A DNA stretch of 63,731 bases, the filler included, from Cercozoa sp. M6MM (lineage: Eukaryota; Protista; Endomyxa: Ascetosporea), in the NCBI GenBank assembly GCA_040357565.1. It is 9 parts of 9 records of this genome, joined end to end, with 100 filler letters (N's around TTAATTAATTAA, not from the genome) between each part and the next. Parts side by side here need not be neighbours in the genome. Positions count along the whole stretch, not along the records: positions 43,632 to 59,202 come from JBDODJ010000303.1; 8 more parts are not named here. One strand, given 5' to 3'. Under the pieces are notes generated by a model, which was not told where the DNA came from, did no database searches, and worked only from the letters and a program-made list of their open reading frames with translations. Shown piece by piece: positions 43,690 through 56,377 of the stretch. How positions within the stretch are numbered: the first letter of the stretch is position 1; every line of letters begins with the position of its first letter. A program made the position numbers and the translations under genes.

Positions 43690-44333
43690 GTGGAACGCTC
43701 GATGAGGTTTCCGAGGTGTGCAAGAAAGTACGCATGTCTCTCTCTCCTTTCTCCTCTCAGTGATTGCTCTACGCTTCCTTTGCCCTCAGTACTTTGCCTA
43801 CATCGATCGCGATGTACTCGAGGAGGCCGAGGAGACCGGGCAAGATGGTGTGCTGTCAATTGTCAACTATACTGTCACTACTTGCCTGTACCTTCTGTGA
43901 ATATGTGCCTACTGATTGCAGACTACCTCGTGCAACACACGTACCACACCTTCATCATCAATGCCGACGGCATCTGTGTCGGCATTCTCAATCCCGAGGA
44001 CACGTACCTTTGCCAGCTATTCCCTCCTTCTGCCTTCCTTTTAGACTCAATTTTTTCTTTCCTGCAGGATCCCGCAGTGTGCCGACAAGGTGCGCACGCG
44101 TCTTCCCGAGTACAACAAGGCTGTTGCCACCTTTGCGCGCTTCCAACAGAAGCGAGCGGCCGAAGTACCTCATCATCTTCAATTTGAGCAGTTTTTCATC
44201 CTTTAAGTCACCCTTTCCTGCGCAGGCAGCAGCCCAGGATCAGATGTTGCGACTCGAGGATGCTGAACGAGCCGCGCGAAAGAAAAACGCCGATGCACGC
44301 ATCAACTCGCTCCCGTCTGCAAACCCTGAGTAA
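43690..44333 (+). CDS. SCO1: SCO1/SCO2 (SenC) cytochrome c oxidase copper chaperone, C-terminal part
   Basis: GTLDEVSEVCKKYFAY...DDYLVQHTYHTFIINADG retains the copper-ligand His of the DYxVxH motif. Confidence 0.65.
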
Positions 44334-44663
44334 CTTCGCAGACGTAGGTAGTTTGGCGCGGCGTATGGGAGTTAGATACGGTAGCCGGTCCGTCGCATAG
44401 CTCGACTATCGTGCCCGGTTGCGGTGACCCGCGTCCGCAAGGACTTCGCACCGCGCATGGCTGTTTACCGGCTTCGTGTCGTCAAGCTTCAACGTCCTCA
44501 GAAGACAGAACAAAGTATGGCCGTACTGCACTAAGCGGACAGTAGACAGACTCAACGACGAGTTACTACTCTGGGTGCTTCAGTTCCCGGGTGGCTATTC
44601 GAGTCGTGCCCAGTGACCGCTCACGTCCACCAACCAACGGAAACACACGTTAGTGTTGAGGCG

Positions 44664-47238
44664 TCAATCAAGGCTAGGCGCAGGCAGCATGTAGCCCGGC
44701 GGCAGATCGAGACCGCGCTGATACAGGCCGGCCACGAGCGAGTCGGCCGTCTGACGCAGGCGTTCGACAACCTCGTCGTCGTCGAGACTGCAACCTGTCC
44801 CTGCAAACACAAAAAGGAAGATAGCAACGGGAGGAAGGAAGAAGGTCGAGCGACCAATACGAGAAGGAGGTAGCGCTACCGAGTCGAAAGTGTGCGAGGT
44901 GCTGCACCCAACCCAGCAGGAGCAGTGCATCGTCGCGGTAGTTCTCCAGAGTATGCCGATCCAGCAGCACGCTCGTCCACGACAGCTGTTCGAGCAGCCA
45001 GTCGGCACGTGTCTCGTCAAACTACAACCAATCGTACGTACCTAAGCTTCTTTCTTTGGATCCATTACGATACAATGAGTACCCGCGTGCGTTGAGACAG
45101 AGCGAGTCTCTTGGCGATGGCCGGAAAGTCTACCTCATCGGCCTTCAAGTCCGTGGCGGTGCCGAGTGCATCCCGGAGCTCCAGGTAGGCCAGTCGACGT
45201 CGTAGCTGCGACGACACCGCCGAGCCCTCCGCTGGTAGGATACGCAGACACAGCAAGCGCGCGCGCTGTAGAGACAGGGAACAGTGCGGAGACGCGTAGT
45301 ATCAGTGGCAGATATATGCTAATGAGAGCCACCGAGTCCGTGAGTGTCGTCCGGATCGCACGTGCTGTTTCTTGAACCAGACGGTTTCGTGCAGCCATCG
45401 GCAGCCGCGCGGACGCCTCCAGTGCGCGTCGAGTGACCCCGGACAGCATGATGCGATCGCCCAGGAGACGTTCATCCAGCACGCACAGGCAGCAGTGCAA
45501 TAGCACGCAGGTGAGTGCTGCCTGCACCTGTTGCCACGTGTTTTCTGCGACCCAACAGCCCATGCACACATGGTCTTTTTGCAGTTAGTCATGGGATTCG
45601 GTACCACTGACGGTCTCCTGCTGGGTCGACAGTGAGTGAGCACGTGCGTACAGCAGGTCAGCCGTCGACTGCAGTGCCGCTAGCACAATGGCCGCGGCAC
45701 GTGACAAGTCTTCCTTTTTGTGACCGCCCGTGCCTGTGCTTGAGTCAGGATATACATGAGTCAAGATGCACTGATATCAATCAGTAGCAGAGAACACTAA
45801 GATCAATGCGCACCGTCATACGGTGTGGCAGCGATCATACGACTCAGACCGGTCGTGATCAGGTCGATCGACGGCGACCACGGCGCAAACGGCGCCGGTG
45901 CGTCGGTTCGCAGGTGCAAAAAGCCCTGGGAGCAAAAGGACGGGTAAAAGTAATACGAGGTAAGACGTAGAAAGGTACAGTTAGTTGGCGCAACAGATAC
46001 TCAGCACGTTCCAATTTCGACTCTCGAGGCTGACAAAGAGAGCAAAGAAACAAGACAATAAAGTGGAGGTATCAAGGGGGACAATGGGCGATGATACGCC
46101 AGTGTTCAAAGCCAGAACAGACAGTCGATCGGCTGCATTGCGTGCCTGGAAGACAACTGAAATGAAGGAAGTCAACAGGACAAGAAGCTCAGGTACAAGC
46201 AGAGGCGCCTGCGTGTTGTGCACCACCGCATGCCACAGTGCTCGCAGCGAGGCCTGTACCCGAACCACAAGCAAATTAGAGGCAACAGCCTTAAACAAAA
46301 AGTAAAGACACACCTCGCTGCGCTCAGTCTCGCGCACTTCGACAAAGCGATCGCCTGGGCCGACACAAGCAAGGTGAGAATACTCAAAAACTCTGACAGG
46401 TGGCTCAAAGGCACAAACCCATGCGGACGTAGGCTGTGTCATCTCGAATCGCCAATGCCGGTCGATCGACGCAAGGGCCCACTGGAACCTATGCAACAGG
46501 AGAGGGTACGGGGTAAAGGGGAGTGGTCAGAAGGAATTACACACCAGAACGTTGCGTGAGAGCGGGGCGTTGCGACGCGCGTGAGCAAGCTGACGCTGCT
46601 CGCGCTCTTGCTTGCGCTGCTGCTGTTGGTTGCGTTGCTCCAGCTGGCGCCGCAGACTCTGCTCAATGAATCAAACATCAGACAGATGCACATACAATTT
46701 ACGCCATACACGTCTATATATATACATATATACACATCTATGAACACAAGTTAAAGCTCTCCAATGCACAGTGTTTTAGACAACACAATATCTCGGTTGG
46801 ATAGTTAATATACCTCCTCCTGTTTTTGTTGCTGGCGCTGCGCGTGGTCTTGCAGCTGTTCAAACCCGCAGCTGTTAAAATCTCACATCGATGCTTTCAT
46901 TGAGCAAATCACCTGCTGAAGCTCCCGCTTCCGTGCGGTCGCTCGTTCCAACTTTTTCAGTGCTGCGAAACGCACACGAAAACACTGCCGCATCGCATCT
47001 CAGCGCAAGACAGACACAAAACCGACCAAATTCGTCGAAAGCGTTCGTGGCACGTGGCCGTTTGGAGCCCACCAGAACGCGCGATTCTTTCTGCAACTCA
47101 AGAAGCAAAAGTGTAAAGATGAGTGCCATGGAAAGGCTCAACATGCAACGGAAAAGTGGCGGGTACAATCATCTCGTCAACCTCATCATCGATGTCGAGG
47201 TCGATATCATCCAGATCACTGAGATCTAGATCTGACAT
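44664..47238 (-). CDS. Hypothetical multi-exon protein
   Basis: Start MSDLDLSDLDDIDLDIDDEVDEMI/KESRV; last exon ends ...PAPSLD at 44664. No family recognised. Confidence 0.5.
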
Positions 47239-47415
47239 TGTTTAACTATCCAAGCTGAAAAACGATGTGCACACCGTGAGGCACGTTTAACTCCCGCTGT
47301 GTCGTCTTTTTTGAAACTATTAGAACACCACAAAATCATTAAAAAGTGCTGCCGCTTCAGTTGTATCATACGGGACAGTAACAGTTGGGCGCTTTATTGC
47401 ATACAATTCACTTTA

Positions 47416-49358
47416 ATGACCCGCCTGCGACGACTTCTTATTTTTGATGGCACGGCGAGCGTGTTTCGCGCATGGAACGCCTTTCGGGTTTGTTGTACCT
47501 GTTGTTGTTTTTCTTTTCTGGCATCCGTGACGCATTTTGTTGTAGCTCCATTCTCTGACAGGGCCCAACGGACGTCCGGTCCATGGTACAGTACATTGAC
47601 GGAATGATTGATTCTACACAACTGGATCACTTGGGGGTAGGCATCCATGGCGCTGCGACCTTTGTTCTGTCCGTGCTGCGCGCCGTGAGACCGACGCATG
47701 CTGTAGCGTTTCTTTCTGTGTGTGTCACTGCTGTTAAGTGTGGCCACCCGACTGTATCAGTTGTTGCACTTGTGTACGTGGCATACAGGTCGTAGTGTTC
47801 GATCCTCGTCGCGGCGAAACGTTTCGCAAGACGTTGTGTGCCGACTACAAGGCCACGCGACCGCCTCTGGAATCGGACCTGCGCTGGTACGCTTCTGTTC
47901 TATCGTCCTTTATGTGAAATCCTTGTGGATCTGGCTGTGTGTGCAGGAACTTGAGCGAGATGATGGGTGTCTTTGAGACGATGGGCGTGCCGTGTCTGAG
48001 TCGCAGTGTAACCTCTCCATTCTATTTAATCTGTTGTTTGTTTACTCCTGCTTACCTGTGCTGACAGGGCTTTGAAGCTGACGATGTGATTGCTGCGCTG
48101 GCGACGCGAGAGATGACTCGAGGTAGGCTGGACCCCTTCCCGCTTTGCTTCATTCGCACCCGCTTTATGGGGGCATGTTTACAAGTAGAGGGCGACGATG
48201 GCGTGGATGCCGTGCACATGTTTACGATCGACAAGGACTTGTTCCAGGTGCTCGAAGCTACGCCCGGCACTACGCCGTACCAGGTATTTGTGGCAAGTAG
48301 GATAGAGGCATGGCAGGAAACAAAACAAGATGGCTCTTCTGCAGGAACACAGACGCATCACGCAACTGCTGCCTAAGAAGAATAGCAAATACACCGTTAG
48401 TCCTGACCTCGGCGGTACGATTTTCTTGCCATGGCACTTCTTTACCCTTCCCCCTTGTTCTCACCGTGACAGACGCGGCCATCGACACCATGTTATGCAC
48501 AAATTTCGAGTCCATGGACGCAAACGCTGTACCATAGTGTGTACCCTAAACAGGCGCGCAACAAGTACTTTTGCTTGCAGGTCCAGCTGAAACTAGGCGT
48601 TCCGCCTTCGCGTATCGTGGACTACTTGGCTCTTGTAACCCCTCCTCAGCGTCATACTTTATTGCATTACTCTTCCTGTCCCCTTCCCTCATGTGTGTAG
48701 GTCGGCGACCGAGTTGATAACATTCCAGGCGTCAAAGGCATCGGTACATTATGTGTACATGCGGTGAAACGTGCCCCGACTGGACTTTACGTCCGTGCAC
48801 AGGACCAAAGCGAGCGGCCAAGCTGCTGAGTCCGACGGAGTTTGATTATGACTCGGTCGAAGCCGTCTTGGAGGTCGACTCGTCTCTCATACTTGCTTTC
48901 TATTATGTCAGCCGTGTCTTTATCTTTTTCTCGCAGGCGGCACGCTGCCAAGACTCGCGAATGCAGCCGTCGGTGCGACGCAACCTGCTGCAGGGCGGCG
49001 ACAAGGCACTCCTGTCGCGTTCGCTGGTTGAGCTTCAGCGCACGGGTACCGACTGCTCTTTTCCTCTGTCCCTGTTTTCTCGGGGCATCCTGTGGTCAAG
49101 TAGAAGGCGAGCAAGAAGGCTACACGCTATCGCTGCCGCCACTCAGCGCGCTCAGTACCGAAGACATCAGTGACCAGTACCCCCCCTTACAAAAATGCCG
49201 TTAGTGTCTTTGCCGATGCAACTTTGCGTAGGCATCTCGATGACTTGAAGAAGGAGTACGGCCTGCAGAAAGTCGCTGATTTGGCGCAAAAGCTCGCTGC
49301 AGAACTTGAAGCTGATCGTTTCGAAGCTGATCGTATCCGAGCCGCCAATCCGGAGTAA
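47416..49358 (+). CDS. Stand-alone bacterial PolI-type 5'-3' exonuclease/flap endonuclease (organellar OEX/ExoIX-like)
   Basis: LLIFDG..VFRAW, VVFD...FRK....YKATR, GFEADDVIA, TIDKDLFQ and [28 protein letters not shown] (H3TH). Stop at 49358 with no polymerase domain. Confidence 0.9.
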
Positions 49359-49825
49359 TGAGTCCAACGGTTTTCGTGGGACGCAGCGCAAACCGCGGAC
49401 GTTATTTATTCTGTTTCGTTTCGAGAGCAACAACGACTTCCTAAGGGATCCCAGCCGCGAAAAATGTGTTTGAACTCGAAGTATCTTTAAGTTGTCTATT
49501 ATGCACTTTAACAACTTAATTTATAGCGTTCTCGTATTTTTACGCTCCCGTATCTGCAATAACTGCAGCAAATGTTGCATTGATGCTCGGGGGGTCCACA
49601 GGGAAGTTTCGATCACGAAGAATTTCCATGGAAGTTCGAAATCCGCGAGCTTGCAAGATGCACACCACATTTTTTGTGTTTTCAGGGCCCAGGCTTAAGT
49701 GTTAAGCGCTGCTCCCGGACAAGACAACAGCATACTCAAGTGTTGAGTTTAATTGCAAGAAAAATCCCGTTTTGAGACTTCCTCCCGAGAAGCCAAACCA
49801 AGTAAGAACGATTCCGACTTCAAAG

Positions 49826-50107
49826 ATGATGATCAAGCTGAAGATCGAGTTCAATGGCGAGATTCGCCGCACGCAGGTACCTTTGCCGTTTTCTGTCGCT
49901 GATGCATTTTCTTGCAGTAGCGGTACCATGATTTTTGAACAGGTTTCGAACCCGCTGACGATGGCGTCGCTGCGCGAGGCCGTGCAGGACATGTTCGAGA
50001 CGGACATTGTTGCCTCCATGGCTCGCATCAGCTACGTCGACGAGGAGGGCGATACCATTGTCGTCACGCAGGACATCGAGCTGCAGGAGGGTACCTCCCT
50101 GCCTTAG

Positions 50108-50154
<47 letters not shown>

Positions 50155-51315
50155 ATAATATATATATATACCCTGAGCAGCCGTCCAGGTCTTCAATGGC
50201 AAGGCCGTGAAGCTTCGCGTCGCCAGCGTTGAGCCCACCGAGGCGACGACGGAAGTGCCTGCCGATGACGCCGCTTCCGATGCTGCTTCCGAAGCAGGCT
50301 CTGATATCGACATCGACGTCGAGGCCGTCATGGGCGCTGCCGGCAACCTCCTGGAGCTGCTGCCCGAGGCGCTCAAGCTGTTCGGTGACTACCTGGCCGC
50401 CGGCGTTGCGCCGGCTGCAGCTGCTGGTGCCTTTGTTTTCATCTGCAATGCATAGTGCATCTACCGGGGTAGACAGTAGATATGTATAATATACCTTGTG
50501 CAGAGAAGGTGCTGGCAGAGATGCCGGGGTTGTCGAAGCATGCCGACGAGGTGCGTCGCCACTTCCGCGCGCACTGTCGCCGTCAGCGCCGCTGCGGACG
50601 CGGTCGTCGCGGACGTGGCTGTGGTCGTGGTCGTCACTTCCATGCGCGTGGTCACGCCCATGGGCACGGTCACTTCCATGGACACGGTCCCGGCTTCCTG
50701 CGCCGCTTCCTGGGCGGTTTCGGCGTGCGTCCGCACGGCATGCGTCACGGCGGCATGCGGCACTGCGCGTCGCAGCTCGGCCTGGGCGCGACGTTCGTGA
50801 AGGACGTGTCGCTGCCGGACCACGTGGAGCTGCCGACCGGCTCGGTGCACATCAAGACCTGGCGCTTCCAGAACACGGGCACGGCCGAGTGGCCGCGCGG
50901 CACGCAGCTGCACTTTGTCAAGGGCGCTTACAACGTGCTGCAGGGCCAGACGGCGTTCGACGTGCCGTGTGCCAAGCCGGGCCAGACAGTCGAGATCTCG
51001 GTCCCGGTACAGGTGCCGGCGCAGGTGCCTGTGGGCGCGCGTCGTCGCGACCGCCGCGTCAAGGCGCTGTTCCGTCTGAGAGCGCCTGTGGATGGCTTTG
51101 CGCGCCCGTTGCCCTTCGGCGACCGCGTGTGGCTCGACTTCAACGTCGTTCCCAGCGACAAGCCGAACGACGTCGACGCGCTCGTCAAGCAGGCGCGCGA
51201 GACGCTGGGCGACCGCGTGGCTGCCTTCTCGGACGAGGAGCTGCAGCAACTGCTCCGCGCCTTTGACAACGACGTCGACACGTTCGTGCGCGACGTGCTC
51301 GGTGGCTCGGCCTAG
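49826..51315 (+). CDS. NBR1: NBR1-like selective autophagy receptor (PB1 + FW/N_BRCA1_IG + UBA-like)
   Basis: PB1: IKLKIEFNGEIRR...ISYVDEEGDTIVVTQDIEL. FW: FVKDVSLPD...KTWRFQNTGTAEWP...FGDRVW. UBA-like: AFSDEELQQLLRAFDNDVDTFV. Confidence 0.78.
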
Positions 51316-51624
51316 GCTCGTCAGTCCACTCCGTACGTTTGACTTTTGTTCCCTGTCATTCTGTCGTTTTTGTATGTCATTCTTTCTGCTGGACTGAGCA
51401 GTTCATCAACGCCTGCACATATGATGTGCCGCGCTGAAACAAACAATCGCAAAACGCCTCTTCCGGTGGGGAAAGCGGCACCAAAACAAAACAAAAATAC
51501 GACAAACTGAATTCGACGTCTTCTGTTTGGACGTCTTGTGAAATAAGGGCAGAGTACTGCCAACTAAATTCCCCATCAATTGCTATAACTATAATCATAC
51601 GTCACGTATCACTACCGTATGCTG

Positions 51625-53404
51625 CTATATCTCATCGTCTTGAGCACTCATCGGTGCACTCTCTTCCTCAGTGATCACGCTGACACTGACACTGGTACTG
51701 GCGCTCTCGGCCTCGGCCTGCTCACCTGTGGTGAAGCTCTCGCTGCCCGGAGACGACTCAGCAAGAGGCTCGGCTGCGCCAGAGTCGTCACGACTTTCTA
51801 ACCTCGAAGAGTTGGCAGACTCGGATGCCTCCAAATCGGCCTCAGGTCCCTGTTTTGGCAGAAAACATGCACGTCAGATAATGCCAAAAAAAGGCAAGCA
51901 TACGAGACGTTTCTCGAGGAAGAGTTGCGTGATGGCGTCGCGTCGGTCACGCAGTTCGCTCAGAGGTTGAATCTCAAGTGGCAGCTCCTCCTCGGTGCCA
52001 CTAGGCGCGAATAGCAAGGCCTCTGCCTCTGGTCGAAAGCCTAGAGAAACTGGTAAACCACTTCACTTGATTAATCAACACAGCCGGTACCGGATTGAAC
52101 TCTGATGGGCGGCAGGAGGCCCCAGTCCAGCAAAGAAGAATCAGAGAGTTTCATGTCGCTGCCGTCGTCCAGCTCGAGGTTGAACTCGCCGCCTCGCACT
52201 GCGAACACTGTCGATTATGTACCTCCCCTCACCCCCTCATTAAAGCAACGAGTATACCCGAGGCACAACCACTGCGCCACTCGGCAATACCAGCTTTATA
52301 GAGCCAGATACGGCCTGCCTCCGGCGCCGTCTCTTCGTCTGTTTAAAAGGGGTAAACGGGAGGGGTCAAAGAAGAGTGGAAGGGATAAGAAGGCAATGAA
52401 GTACACGCGACACGATCGACAAAGGCGTCGCAAATGTCGAAATCAAGAACACGCAGCGCACCTTTTCGACACGCCTGGGGGAGGGTAGAAGGTAGGGTAA
52501 AGGGTAGTGGGGAGGATAGAGGGTAGAGGGTAGGAGGAGGGTAGATGCTAGGGGGTAAACTCGCACCTGAACAGCACTTGACGGTAGTGACGCGAGCACC
52601 TCAAAATCGTCGAAATCGCCGCCAAAATGTTCTGGGGTAAAGGGGAGGGGGTGGGGTAAATGAAAGGGGTGGGGGTAAATGAGGGGGGCAGGGGATGGGG
52701 TCAAACTGTACCATATTCGGCGTGCACAACGAGAAACTCAAGCGACTGCGACAGCGCCGCCTCTGGCACAGGGTCGGCGCAGCACTCTCCCTGCTCGTTG
52801 AGGTAGGGCCGCAGTGGGTGTCCGCTGAGCCACTTGTGTCCTCTCCTGGGGGAAGGGGAAGAGAGGGTAGGGGTAAGGGGTATGTGGGGTCAGGAGAGTA
52901 AGAGTACCGATGCAGCTGCTGCTGCACACGCTGCACGATGCGTGCATTGTGCGCATCGATCCCACCAGTCTCGTTACCTTGTGCTTCTGCCGGCACACCC
53001 TTAAATAGTCCACAACAAGGGATGGCTACTAGAACATACCTGGATCTATTTGTAGCCAGTTAAAATCGCGCTCACTCGCGGCTGTTTTTGGTCGAGCTGC
53101 CACGATGCGGCCACGCCAGATCGCGCCGGCTCCTGGGAAAAGGGGGGGTAAAGGGGTAAAATTAAGGAGGCTACGAAGGGTAAAATGTCAAGGAGGATAA
53201 CCGGGGGAGGGGTAAAGGGAGAAGAACCAAGAGGCAGCAGTCCAATACGCATGCCGACACTGGCACGCGCCGGGAAACGCCGCACGTGTCGCAGAAAGAA
53301 GTCGTCGCTATCTCGATCGTCGCTCCCGTTGCGTCCGAAACAAATGTCAGCAACGATGTCCTCCACGCGACGCCAGTGACCCTGTTCCAAGGTGTGTGTG
53401 TGTG

Positions 53405-53463
<59 letters not shown>

Positions 53464-53814
53464 GTGGGAAAGCAGTAAGGGAGACTCTCACCTCGGCCTG
53501 CGCATGCGGCGGTGGCAACTGTTGCGGAAAACCACCGGGCCACTCGCGCTTCTGCTGCTCTGTCGGCGCTACAAAACGCCTGCGTTCTTTCTTGGCTACA
53601 GTTAAAGTACGAAGGCATACAACACAGGGCAGTTATTGTATAGATCAGTCCTGCAACATAAACACACAAAGGAGACAGTAGACTTACGACGCGCCTTAAT
53701 TCTCAGGCCACCCTTTCGCTGTGTCGGCTCCGTTAACGGTCGTTTCTTCAGTCGGAACTTGCGTTGACCTGTCGACGGACGCGGTATCGTTTTCTCGGTG
53801 GCCGCACGTGCCAT
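51625..53814 (-). CDS. Hypothetical multi-exon protein with a Ser/Glu-rich C-terminus
   Basis: ATG at 53814, GT-AG exons, C-rich introns in the sense orientation, stop at 51625. Confidence 0.45.
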
Positions 53815-54446
53815 CTGTGCACCACGAAGGCAAACGGGTAAACTGCCGATTTCAAAAACCGAGACAGAGCGTATACACTAGCGGTGGCGACATCGCCTTT
53901 CCGCCGCAGGCGCAGTCGCTTGCGCGGAGGACCGCTCTACCTCGTGCCGAGTATTTTTGGTACATTTGTATCACTACATTGACATTCGACCGAAGAACTC
54001 ACCTCGCTCATAGCACCCCAGTTAACGAGACAAGCCGGCCACACCGCCTCTGCTGCTCTAAGTCGCTGTAGTATGTCTGATCTCAATCTCCATATATATA
54101 GTTGTCCAATAGTAGGACAAACAGATAGCGGCTGGCCAAAAGATTAAATCTGACATTTTTCACCGGACGAGTTTGGCAACTAGCGACGCTGTGTCGAGCT
54201 GCAGTGGCCTAAAGGTGCGTTAGCCAGCATAAATGTATGGCTGTGGGGCAGCTGCCGCACGTGTTTGCCAAGTGCTTTTGGGTGTGAGTGTTTTTTGCGT
54301 TGGCTGTTCCGCGTGATTAAACACGTCTCATGTTCACACTGGACATGTTCACACTGGACAGAAATAGTGCGTCTCTATTTGTCACGTGCACCACTCTGCT
54401 GACAGTGACTGAAAGAGAAGCCACGATAGGAAGTTAGAAAACAAAC

Positions 54447-55215
54447 ATGGCAGACAAGCAGAAGGGCTCATTTGGCAGGACGCTGTCGTTCAAGCTCGTG
54501 CTGCTCGGTACATCCAACATGTTGTACTTGTACTTCTTAGAACTCTGGCTAACTGACGCCGATGTGTTGATTAAACAGGCGACGCTGCCGTCGGCAAGAG
54601 CTCGTGCGTTGCGCGTTTCGCCAAGAATGAGTTCCTTGACTTTCAGGTGGGTTGCAGCTGTAGCATATGGCTTGGCTGACTCGCCGAATGACTGAGTGAT
54701 TGACTGACTGACTGACTGACTGACTGACTGGCTTGTTATGTGTGCTATGCAGCCACCCACCATTGGCGCCGCTTTCCTGGCTCAGACCATCAATCTGGTA
54801 CATCTCCGACCGACGCGTGTCTCACGGTTGCTCAAGCAAGCATGTGTTGTGTGGTGCCTTTAGGGTGAGCACATCGTCAAGTTCGAAATCTGGGACACGG
54901 CTGGTCAGGTAGTCTCTCCTGGTATCGGCGTGTCTGTGTGTATGTGTCTGTGCGTTGCAGGAGCGCTACCGCTCGCTGGCCCCGATGTACTACCGCGGCG
55001 CCGGTGCTGCACTCGTGCTGTTCGACATCACGGACTACGGCAGCTTCAACGGCGCCAAGACCTGGATCGAGGAGCTCCAGAGGTCGGCCAGTCCCGACAT
55101 TGTGATTGGCCTGGCCGGCAACAAGGCCGACCTCGAGGAGAAGCGCAAGGTGCCGACGGACGAGGCGCGCGCGTACGCCGAAGAGAACGGCTGCGTCTTC
55201 TTTGAGACGGTACTA

Positions 55216-55295
<80 letters not shown>

Positions 55296-55565
55296 GCACG
55301 CACGCACGCACGCACGCATACGCACAACACTCTTGTATTCTGTGTCTCCAGAGTGCCAAGACGGGCCGCAATGTTAACGAAATCTTCCGTGCGATCGGTA
55401 CCGCTGCTAGCATTTGTGCGGGGCCAGGGAGGGGCGCATCGTGTCATATGTGTATATGTTTGTACAGCCGAGAAGCTGCCGACGACGCCGGCGAATGGCG
55501 CTGCCTCTGGCCCGGAAAACACGATCATCCTGCAGAACGATAACCAGCGCAGCTGTTCGTGCTAG
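54447..55565 (+). CDS. RAB5: Rab5 family GTPase
   Basis: [60 protein letters not shown], and a C-terminal CSC prenylation motif; 6 introns. Confidence 0.95.
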
Positions 55566-55654
55566 GCGCAGCTGGTGACACACCCACTCAAGCATTATTC
55601 ACAGCTACAAAAGCACACCGAGCAAAAGCAAAGAGACACTCTGACCGTACCCAG

Positions 55655-55704
<50 letters not shown>

Positions 55705-56377
55705 CTCACTCAAGCCGAGCATTCATGATTATGCACACAGTGCAGGCACCGTTTCACCACAACTCGTCAGTCTACGTCGAGTCGTGCAGGCCAATGTAGT
55801 AGTTTTTCAGTCTGATGTCCGTGTCGTGCGTGACTTGGCTTGCCGGCACGTACGGTGGTCGTTTGTTTCGTTTCCGTACGGTACATACTGTCAAATTTAG
55901 AATCGACTCAGCACGGAGATTGCACAGTAACTGAACGTGACACGGATTATGCAGTCTCCGCCAGACTGACAAATTCTACCATCATTCTGAAGCAAAAGAG
56001 AAAGAGTCAAGAGTTTGTGGCTCTGCGATACTGCTGCCTATAGAGCTGTGACTGGACCTGTCTGAAAGCCTGCCTGTCCTTGTAGATTGAGCTGCCAGTT
56101 GGCCAAGAGAAAACCTCATCTACTTGGCGTCAGCTGGTCAGTTGCTCTGTAGTTTGTACTGGTATCCACTCTACAGTAAGCATTGGCTGCTGTAGAGAGA
56201 AGGGTTTTTAAATCTTCTCACGATTTTCCCTGACAGTTGGTATTTCTTCACTTCGTTTCTGCAAACTGAATCAATTTTTCCTCGCTTCTCGAGTTGACGA
56301 CTTACTTCTTTTATTTAGTAACACGATCAACTAAATCGACCGAGACGCCTGGCTTGAGTCGCGTCCGTCCCTGGAAC

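Noticed and set aside
54329-54360. Direct repeat CATGTTCACACTGGA x2 upstream of Rab5
   Set aside because: A single local duplication with no other copy seen; not enough to call regulatory.
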